A stretch of DNA of 5,308 nt, from positions 1 through 5,308 of the forward strand of contig CALBUD010000004.1 of assembly GCA_937968065.1 (NCBI GenBank), written 5' to 3'. Below, in pieces: positions 1-4,744 of the stretch. Numbering within the stretch: position 1 is the stretch's first letter; each line of letters opens with the position of its first letter. The DNA comes from Candidatus Iainarchaeum sp. Its GTDB lineage: Archaea > Iainarchaeota > Iainarchaeia > Iainarchaeales > CSSED10-239. The notes below the pieces were generated by a model that was given only the letters and a program-made list of their open reading frames with translations, made no database searches and had not been told where the DNA came from. The translations under genes and the position numbers were made by a program.

Positions 1-43
1 ACTCTTATCATTTACTTCTTTAATATTTATTCTACTACAGTCG

Positions 44-187
44 TTAAAATGAAAAATATGTTTTAACTTTTTTATCAGCTTCAATTTCACTATTTTCAAT
101 TTCAATTTCATTCAATTTATTATCAACTTTATATTTGACAATAATACTCCTTTCATTCAAACGTTCATTATAAGTTACATTAAACAT
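44..187 (-). CDS. 47-aa hypothetical protein. Short paralogue sharing its first 44 aa with the 80-aa ORF 3404..3646.
   Basis: Not in the ORF track (too short). Hand translation from ATG at 187 gives MFNVTYNERLNERSIIVKYKVDNKLNEIEIENSEIEADKKVKTYFSF, with TAA at 44-46. Nt 56-187 are identical to 3515-3646, so the SD (AGAGGTGGAA, 9-nt spacer) and codons 1-44 match the second copy. The tail diverges after the repeat edge. Confidence 0.55.
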   Translation of the reverse strand: MFNVTYNERLNERSIIVKYKVDNKLNEIEIENSEIEADKKVKTYFSF

Positions 188-376
188 TTTATTTCATTCC
201 ACCTCTATTATTCTTATCCGATATAATTAGCCACATTTTCTGTGTCTTTATGTTTTTGTCTAAGTTGAATAATTTCTCTTAAAGTCATATCTTCAATATC
301 TTCAAAATCTGTCGTATTAACAACTTCGTTAATTACAATAAATCTTTTATGTTCGTGCGGTATATCCATTTTTATT
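56..376. repeat. Direct repeat, copy A (~321 bp), partner at 3515..3835
   Basis: Base-by-base comparison at constant offset 3459. Nt 56-317 are identical to 3515-3776. The mismatches are at 318, 358, 364 and 373, and similarity is lost from about 377. Nt 1-55 are unrelated to 3460-3514. Confidence 0.95.
214..369 (-). CDS. 51-aa acidic hypothetical protein (repeat copy A)
   Basis: Not in the track. Hand translation from ATG at 369 gives MDIPHEHKRFIVINEVVNTTDFEDIEDMTLREIIQLRQKHKDTENVANYIG, with TAA at 214-216. The SD is GGAGGAC, 8 nt upstream. It differs from the 3673..3828 product only at D2E and N18D. Retention of two intact copies supports coding. Confidence 0.7.
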   Translation of the reverse strand: MDIPHEHKRFIVINEVVNTTDFEDIEDMTLREIIQLRQKHKDTENVANYIG

Positions 377-485
377 TGTCCTCCATCATTTCAATACAAT
401 CTTCACAATAAAATTCTTTTTCAGAATCAATATATCTTACATCATCTGTTGATCCACAATTTATACAATCTCTTTGACATACCAC
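372..485 (-). CDS. 37-aa mini zinc-ribbon protein (CxxC-x16-CxxC), GTG start
   Basis: Not in the track. The frame opens with GTG at 485, directly after the TAA of the upstream gene (TAAGTG), with GGGGTGAG 4 nt upstream. Translation is (M)VCQRDCINCGSTDDVRYIDSEKEFYCEDCIEMMEDK, with TAA at 372-374. It occupies the same position relative to the repeat as the zinc-ribbon ORF 3831..3977. The non-ATG start and short length lower confidence. Confidence 0.45.
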   Translation of the reverse strand: MVCQRDCINCGSTDDVRYIDSEKEFYCEDCIEMMEDK

Positions 486-1109
486 TTATCTCACCCCATT
501 ATTATTTTTGTTATAAAAATATAAATTATCAAAAAAATTAAATTTATACTTTGTTATCTCATCCAATCTAATAATTTCAACAATGTCATTAGGTTGTTTT
601 TCTAAAGCTTCTTCATATTCTTCATCAGTTTCATAATACCCATAAGTAGGATAAAAATCTACATATATATTATCATTTTCAAATCGAATCTCAAAATCTT
701 GGTTTTGTTCTTCATTCATTTTGATGTAACCTCTAACTCCACAATCCCATAATATATACAAAAACAAACAAAACTCATCATACCAATATCCTTGAATCTT
801 ATGTTCATTTATATCAAAATAAATTTGATGATGTTCATCATTATAATCAGTATGATCAATTTCAATACAACTCATATAACCCTCCCATTGAATATCAATA
901 TTTTTTAAAAAACTTAAAGCACAACAATCAGGTTTAATTTTATTAACATCAATCTCAAACTTATCAATTAATTTTTTAACGATAGCACTAGCTGTTTTGG
1001 TTTTATAATAACTGGTATTAAGTATATAACATAGTAACCTTTCCACAAACGGTTTTGTTGCACAATTAAATGTAATATCATAATCAGTCAAATAACTTAC
1101 GTTTCCCAT
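486..1109 (-). CDS. 207-aa strongly acidic, aromatic-rich hypothetical protein
   Basis: Track ORF with ATG at 1109 and SD GAGGTGA (GAGGTGAAAAATG). By hand count it has about 38 D+E versus 20 K+R. I recognise no motif. Confidence 0.85.
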   Translation of the reverse strand: MGNVSYLTDYDITFNCATKPFVERLLCYILNTSYYKTKTASAIVKKLIDKFEIDVNKIKPDCCALSFLKNIDIQWEGYMSCIEIDHTDYNDEHHQIYFDINEHKIQGYWYDEFCLFLYILWDCGVRGYIKMNEEQNQDFEIRFENDNIYVDFYPTYGYYETDEEYEEALEKQPNDIVEIIRLDEITKYKFNFFDNLYFYNKNNNGVR

Positions 1110-1117
1110 TTTTCACC

Positions 1118-1840
1118 TCACACACCTTTAGCAATCAATTCTTGCATAGTAATATGTTTATTAAGTTCAGCAAACTTAGTTTCACAAAATTTCTGTTTAT
1201 GTCCACATTCATTACAAACAAACTCAGTCGAATTTTTTTTATGTTCTTCATAATGTCTTTCCCAAGCTTCATCTTGTTCTTCAATTAAGGTAGGTTCTTC
1301 ACAATAAGGGCATATATAAATTTCACTTAGATCACATTCTTCACCATTAATTTCATACCCCACAATTTCAAACTTTTCACCAAAGAAAAATCTAACATCA
1401 TCATCTGTTCCACAATCTTCATAAAATAAATTAAAATCATACCATGCCATATTATAAATATCTTCCATGTATTTGTGATCATCACTAAGATTATCAAGAT
1501 ACTCATAACATTCCAAACACAATTGTTTTTTAGTTTGACATTTATACTCTTCCGACCAAGTTTTAAAATGCGTTCTATCAATGTGATTATAAAAACAATC
1601 TTCAATATCAATATTATGTTGAGTTAAAATATCACAGAATATTATATGTTGAACATTATTAAGTTTATCGATATAATTATCAATTGCTCTATGGTCATTT
1701 TCAGGTTCTAAAAGATGTTCAACTTGTTTATCAACCCAATCAGTAACTATCCTTGGTTCATATGAACCTCTACTCAAATTAGATATAGCATCTTTCAAAT
1801 TTTCACCTTTGCCTACTCCATCATAAATTTTTATTGACAT
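1118..1840 (-). CDS. 240-aa acidic Cys-rich hypothetical protein with a C-terminal CxxC-x28-CxxC zinc-ribbon-like motif
   Basis: This is track ORF 1118..1858, but the ATG at 1858 has no SD and lies inside the upstream gene. The ATG at 1840 (MSIKIYDG...) follows GGAGGT by 10 nt and sits 4 nt after the upstream stop. The CPYC...CNEC motif lies at about nt 1205-1312. By hand count it has about 53 D+E versus 24 K+R. Confidence 0.85.
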   Translation of the reverse strand: MSIKIYDGVGKGENLKDAISNLSRGSYEPRIVTDWVDKQVEHLLEPENDHRAIDNYIDKLNNVQHIIFCDILTQHNIDIEDCFYNHIDRTHFKTWSEEYKCQTKKQLCLECYEYLDNLSDDHKYMEDIYNMAWYDFNLFYEDCGTDDDVRFFFGEKFEIVGYEINGEECDLSEIYICPYCEEPTLIEEQDEAWERHYEEHKKNSTEFVCNECGHKQKFCETKFAELNKHITMQELIAKGV

Positions 1841-1844
1841 TTTG

Positions 1845-2114
1845 TTACATACCTCCATATTTTAAAATTAAGATTATGTTATAAACTGCAACTATAATTC
1901 TAAACCCTCCTACTGCATATAAAAAATAATTAAGTAATTTATGTTTAGGTTTATTAATAGTAAATAACATCGCAAACAAAATAATATAATTAAAAATCAA
2001 AACAGCATTTAACCCAAACATATTACCTTCATCTAATCTTAAATTAATTCCAATAATTGTAGTTATCATGTCCAGAACTATTCCAAACCCTAATACATAT
2101 TCTCCCTGGATCAT
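1845..2114 (-). CDS. 89-aa small integral membrane protein (about 3 TM helices)
   Basis: This is track ORF 1845..2120, whose first codon is TTG. The ATG at 2114 (MIQGEYVLGF...) is more likely, with a weak SD (GAAGG) upstream. There are three hydrophobic stretches. The segment LDMITTIIGINLRLDEGNMF loosely recalls the D..T......G..E.N pattern of small DUF5658-type membrane proteins (from memory, unverified). Confidence 0.8.
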   Translation of the reverse strand: MIQGEYVLGFGIVLDMITTIIGINLRLDEGNMFGLNAVLIFNYIILFAMLFTINKPKHKLLNYFLYAVGGFRIIVAVYNIILILKYGGM

Positions 2115-2116
2115 TT

Positions 2117-2533
2117 TCAAACCTTCAGTGAAGTTAATTTTGAAACAAAAAACTGTTTAATTTTCTTTTCAGGGTATCTTTTAATACCTTGAGATTTAAA
2201 ATAAGTTTTTATGATTTCATTAAGTTCATTCATAGTTTGTGGTTGTATTACTGTTTCAATAACTACTTTACCTGTGTTAATATATTTTTTAATTTCGTGT
2301 GTAGTGCAGTAAAATATTTTTCTATTCCTTATTACTCTTAACACATACTCTTGATGTTTTGAAGTAGAACTACTATATTTTTCATCATTATACAACACTT
2401 CATCACCATTTAAAAAAACAGCTATAGGGAAATGTTCACCGTAAGAATAAATAACTTCGCCATCAGTAAACATTCTAGAACCTGTAGTTTTCCTACCACA
2501 AATCCATTCATTTACAACTTCTGTATGTTTCAT
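2117..2533 (-). CDS. 138-aa hypothetical protein with YSYGEHFPIA ... YSSSTSKHQ motifs
   Basis: Track ORF with ATG at 2533 and SD GAGGAGGT (9-nt spacer). The pattern G..IYSYG...IA followed by YS.STSKH resembles a conserved phage-associated family of unknown function that I cannot name with confidence. Confidence 0.85.
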   Translation of the reverse strand: MKHTEVVNEWICGRKTTGSRMFTDGEVIYSYGEHFPIAVFLNGDEVLYNDEKYSSSTSKHQEYVLRVIRNRKIFYCTTHEIKKYINTGKVVIETVIQPQTMNELNEIIKTYFKSQGIKRYPEKKIKQFFVSKLTSLKV

Positions 2534-2559
2534 TTTTAATTTACCTCCTCAATTAATAT

Positions 2560-3030
2560 TTAATTGAATTTATTTTCTAAACTTTCAATAATCTGTTTAA
2601 CTTCATTAATCATTTCTAAAGTTTTATTAGATTTTTGATTATAATTATTCATAAACTTTTTCAGTTTATTAGTAAACTTCCATAACACTAAATCTAATTC
2701 AGTTTCACAAACACTAGGATCGTTTTGTTTAATAATAATATTTTCAACCTTTTCAGGTGAAGTTTTATTATTACGTAAAGTTCTATAAATATCTGTGTGA
2801 GCAATGCCTTTTTTTGTTAATTTATTATATTGTTCGGGTTCAATTTTAATCCATAATAACCAATCTTCGATAGTGCTTTTAGGAAACCCAAACTCTGCAG
2901 CAAATTTCCTAATACTGAGATTATTTTGTTCCATATACTGTTTAATAAGTTTGGCTTTATCAAACTGCGATACTTCTTTTTTTCTTAAATCACAAATCCA
3001 GTTATGTAAAATATCTTTACTTAAATCCAT
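2560..3030 (-). CDS. 156-aa helix-turn-helix DNA-binding protein (ParB-type HTH pattern, no ParB N-terminal domain)
   Basis: Track ORF with ATG at 3030 and SD AAGGAGGT. Residues 38-85 (LSIRKFAAEFGFPKSTIEDWLLWIKIEPEQYNKLTKKGIAHTDIYRTL) fit the ParB/Spo0J-style HTH layout: L[ST]....A...G.s.stv...l.l..lpe.v...v..g.is..ha..L. Confidence 0.85.
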   Translation of the reverse strand: MDLSKDILHNWICDLRKKEVSQFDKAKLIKQYMEQNNLSIRKFAAEFGFPKSTIEDWLLWIKIEPEQYNKLTKKGIAHTDIYRTLRNNKTSPEKVENIIIKQNDPSVCETELDLVLWKFTNKLKKFMNNYNQKSNKTLEMINEVKQIIESLENKFN

Positions 3031-3033
3031 TTT

Positions 3034-3255
3034 TCATACCTCCTTAAATTTAATTCGATTATTTATCTTTTGATATTTACAATATAATAAAATACAATCT
3101 TGTTCTTCATAAAACCCATTTATTTTTTTATATGTTTTAGTAAAAACTTGGTCTATTTCATTAGATTTATATTCTTTGCAAATATCCTTTACTACTTTTA
3201 TTGATGATGAATGTTCTTCATCACCATTAGTAAAACTGATTGTGTGTTCTTTCAT
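3034..3255 (-). CDS. 73-aa hypothetical protein
   Basis: Track ORF with ATG at 3255 and SD GAGGAGGTGG (GAGGAGGTGGAAGAATG). The stop TGA at 3034-3036 lies inside the SD region of the next gene. Confidence 0.8.
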   Translation of the reverse strand: MKEHTISFTNGDEEHSSSIKVVKDICKEYKSNEIDQVFTKTYKKINGFYEEQDCILLYCKYQKINNRIKFKEV

Positions 3256-3383
3256 TCTTCCACCTCCTCAATTAATCCCCTCATCTTAACCCATTTATTA
3301 TTTTCATTATCAAACCATTTTAATTCTACAACTGATTCTTTCATACTAATATATTCCATATTCAAAACTTCTACTTTATTCAT
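3252..3383 (-). CDS. 43-aa hypothetical micro-protein
   Basis: Not in the track. Hand translation from ATG at 3383 gives MNKVEVLNMEYISMKESVVELKWFDNENNKWVKMRGLIEEVEE. The SD is GGAGGT with an 8-nt spacer. The stop TGA overlaps the ATG of 3034..3255 (ATGA at 3252-3255). It fills an otherwise non-coding 148-nt gap in a gap-free operon. Confidence 0.55.
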   Translation of the reverse strand: MNKVEVLNMEYISMKESVVELKWFDNENNKWVKMRGLIEEVEE

Positions 3384-3403
3384 CTTCTTCTACCTCCATT
3401 TTT

Positions 3404-3646
3404 TTAATAAAGACTGATAAAATAAGTTATTTTAATAAACACATATTTTTCTTTATATTGATATTCAACAATTTTTTTAATATAATTTCTAAATTGTATC
3501 TGATTTTGTTTAATATATGTTTTAACTTTTTTATCAGCTTCAATTTCACTATTTTCAATTTCAATTTCATTCAATTTATTATCAACTTTATATTTGACAA
3601 TAATACTCCTTTCATTCAAACGTTCATTATAAGTTACATTAAACAT
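3404..3646 (-). CDS. 80-aa hypothetical protein, the long paralogue of 44..187
   Basis: Track ORF with ATG at 3646 and SD AGAGGTGGAA. Codons 1-44 lie inside repeat copy B. The unique tail is IKQNQIQFRNYIKKIVEYQYKEKYVFIKITYFISLY. Confidence 0.7.
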   Translation of the reverse strand: MFNVTYNERLNERSIIVKYKVDNKLNEIEIENSEIEADKKVKTYIKQNQIQFRNYIKKIVEYQYKEKYVFIKITYFISLY

Positions 3647-3835
3647 TTTATTTCATTCCACCTCTATTATTCTTATCCGATATAATTAGCCACATTTTCT
3701 GTGTCTTTATGTTTTTGTCTAAGTTGAATAATTTCTCTTAAAGTCATATCTTCAATATCTTCAAAATCTGTCGTATCAACAACTTCGTTAATTACAATAA
3801 ATCTTTTATGTTCGTGTGGTATTTCCATTTTCATT
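3515..3835. repeat. Direct repeat, copy B (~321 bp), partner at 56..376
   Basis: See copy A. Nt 3515-3776 are identical to 56-317, with mismatches at 3777, 3817, 3823 and 3832. Confidence 0.95.
3673..3828 (-). CDS. 51-aa acidic hypothetical protein (repeat copy B)
   Basis: Not in the track. Hand translation from ATG at 3828 gives MEIPHEHKRFIVINEVVDTTDFEDIEDMTLREIIQLRQKHKDTENVANYIG, with TAA at 3673-3675. The SD is GGGGTGA. By hand count it has about 12 D+E versus 6 K+R. Confidence 0.7.
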   Translation of the reverse strand: MEIPHEHKRFIVINEVVDTTDFEDIEDMTLREIIQLRQKHKDTENVANYIG

Positions 3836-3977
3836 CACCCCATTTTAATGTTGTAACTAATTCATTACATTGTGGACATCTTATTAAATCTCTGTTGCTA
3901 AAATCTTCATAATCTTCTGGAAGATTAAAATTATTTTTGCATTCTGGACATTTTTCTCTTATTTGAATATTTTTCAT
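3831..3977 (-). CDS. 48-aa mini zinc-ribbon protein (CPEC-x20-CPQC)
   Basis: Not in the track. Hand translation from ATG at 3977 gives MKNIQIREKCPECKNNFNLPEDYEDFSNRDLIRCPQCNELVTTLKWGE, with TGA at 3831-3833. It has a very strong SD (GAGGAGGAACAATG). The start overlaps the stop of the upstream ORF (ATGA). Confidence 0.7.
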   Translation of the reverse strand: MKNIQIREKCPECKNNFNLPEDYEDFSNRDLIRCPQCNELVTTLKWGE

Positions 3978-4096
3978 TGTTCCTCCTCTTCACACACAGA
4001 TCTAACTTCTTCATAACTTAAATCTAATAATTCAGCAGTTTTAAAATAGTTCTGCGTTAGTTCTTGTGTTTCTTTAATTCTTTGGTTTAAATTCAT
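3974..4096 (-). CDS. 40-aa hypothetical micro-protein with an acidic tail
   Basis: Not in the track. Hand translation from ATG at 4096 gives MNLNQRIKETQELTQNYFKTAELLDLSYEEVRSVCEEEEQ. The SD is GGGAGAGGGA. The TGA at 3974-3976 overlaps the ATG of 3831..3977. The segment TAELLDLSYEEVRS weakly resembles a minimal HTH, which is not enough for a call. Confidence 0.55.
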   Translation of the reverse strand: MNLNQRIKETQELTQNYFKTAELLDLSYEEVRSVCEEEEQ

Positions 4097-4099
4097 TTT

Positions 4100-4411
4100 T
4101 CACATCCCTCTCCCAGTCATTTTGATTATAATAAAATAATCATCTTGTTGTTCTAATTGGTCTATGTATAACATAATATATTTGTTTTTACGTTGTTTAA
4201 GTATATGTTCAATTACTTGATGGTCAGTCCAACCTAAACAATTTAACCCTTCAAAAATCTCTTCACAATATTCTTTAAATTCAAGTTTTTTAAATTTAGT
4301 TTGTTCAGGTAAATTATATTGAAACAATCTAAACAACTCAGTTTTAGTTGTATGTTCAAACATAAATTCTACAGCATTGTTATGGTAATATATTTTTGGT
4401 TCAATTATCAT
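4100..4411 (-). CDS. 103-aa hypothetical protein
   Basis: Track ORF with ATG at 4411 and SD GAGGAGGT (GAGGAGGTAAATAAAAAATG). I recognise no motif. Confidence 0.85.
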   Translation of the reverse strand: MIIEPKIYYHNNAVEFMFEHTTKTELFRLFQYNLPEQTKFKKLEFKEYCEEIFEGLNCLGWTDHQVIEHILKQRKNKYIMLYIDQLEQQDDYFIIIKMTGRGM

Positions 4412-4426
4412 TTTTTATTTACCTCC

Positions 4427-4741
4427 TCAATTTAATCTTTCAACATATTTAATATTTTTATCATGGTTAATATTATCATATTGAAGACAAGCACAATATT
4501 TATTATCACTATTAAGCAAATTTATATGTTTATCAAACGAATAATCAAACAATTCACATTCAAATTTACATTCTTGTTCATCAACCACTATCCCTGAAGC
4601 TTTTAAAATTGTTGATGGTATAAAATATAACATAAATAATAAATATGTTATACCAAATATAATTGCAAAATATCTAATAATTTTATCAATAGTTGAGTCT
4701 TTTTTTATTTTTTTATCAAGTGCGTATTCTGTTATTTTCAT
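4427..4741 (-). CDS. 104-aa single-pass membrane protein with a C-terminal C-x3-C-x20-C-x-C domain, paralogue of 4745..5002
   Basis: Track ORF with ATG at 4741 and SD AAGGAGGA. It has a K-rich N-terminus, then a hydrophobic helix (YFAIIFGITYLLFMLYFIP), then ECKFECELFDYSFDK...NKYCAC...KYVERLN. Confidence 0.85.
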   Translation of the reverse strand: MKITEYALDKKIKKDSTIDKIIRYFAIIFGITYLLFMLYFIPSTILKASGIVVDEQECKFECELFDYSFDKHINLLNSDNKYCACLQYDNINHDKNIKYVERLN

Positions 4742-4744
4742 TTT

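Noticed and set aside
1-43. Possible next gene starting at the minus-strand ATG at nt 11 and running off the left edge
   Set aside because: Only 3-4 codons are visible and the putative SD (AAAGAAG) is weak. The evidence is insufficient for a feature call.
80-116. Short-period ttcaattt/caatttca reiteration (also at 3539-3575) that looks like a micro-tandem repeat
   Set aside because: It is imperfect and only a few units long. It simply encodes the NEIEIENSEIE stretch of the 47/80-aa proteins. It is not a CRISPR array or a satellite.
1327-1611. Minus-strand 94-aa track ORF nested in another frame of the 240-aa gene
   Set aside because: It lies completely inside 1118..1840 in an alternative frame. 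It has no SD and its composition is I/L/K/M-biased, typical of an off-frame in AT-rich DNA.
1841-1858. Track start codon at 1858 for the 246-aa ORF (MEVCNK...)
   Set aside because: There is no SD in front of it, and it overlaps the last codons of the upstream membrane-protein gene. The ATG at 1840 is correctly spaced from GGAGGT, so I shortened the call to 1118..1840.
1845-2114. Holin assignment for the 3-TM protein
   Set aside because: It lacks the charged C-terminal tail typical of holins and has no dual-start motif. No endolysin or other lysis gene is nearby, and the context is an early or accessory block.
2496-3003. Shared N-terminal W-I-C ... R-K motif (TGGATTTGTG 10-mer) at residues 10-15 of the 138-aa protein and 11-17 of the 156-aa protein
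   Set aside because: Only about 5 residues and 10 nt match, one gap is required, and nothing else aligns. That is too short to distinguish from chance in AT-rich sequence.
2804-3073. Plus-strand 89-aa track ORF
   Set aside because: It lies entirely antisense to the well-supported HTH gene 2560..3030. The product is low-complexity (L/I/F/S/N-rich), as expected for the shadow frame of AT-rich coding DNA. There is no SD upstream, and no other plus-strand gene exists in the window.
3211-3417. Plus-strand 68-aa track ORF
   Set aside because: It is a shadow frame antisense to the minus-strand ORFs 3034..3255 and 3252..3383, which both have SD sites and stop-start coupling. Its composition is F/S/I/L-rich and it has no SD.
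3458-3685. Plus-strand 75-aa track ORF across repeat copy B
   Set aside because: It is antisense to 3404..3646. The product is almost pure F/I/N low complexity with no SD. The repeat's conservation is explained by the minus-strand genes.
56-3835. The repeat pair as IS or transposon ends, attL/attR, or a terminal redundancy or circularisation artefact
   Set aside because: The copies are direct, not inverted, and consist of coding sequence. There is no transposase or integrase between or beside them. Unique sequence continues beyond both copies, and there are four internal mismatches, so this is not a simple end-overlap of a circular contig. An assembly error cannot be fully excluded without reads.
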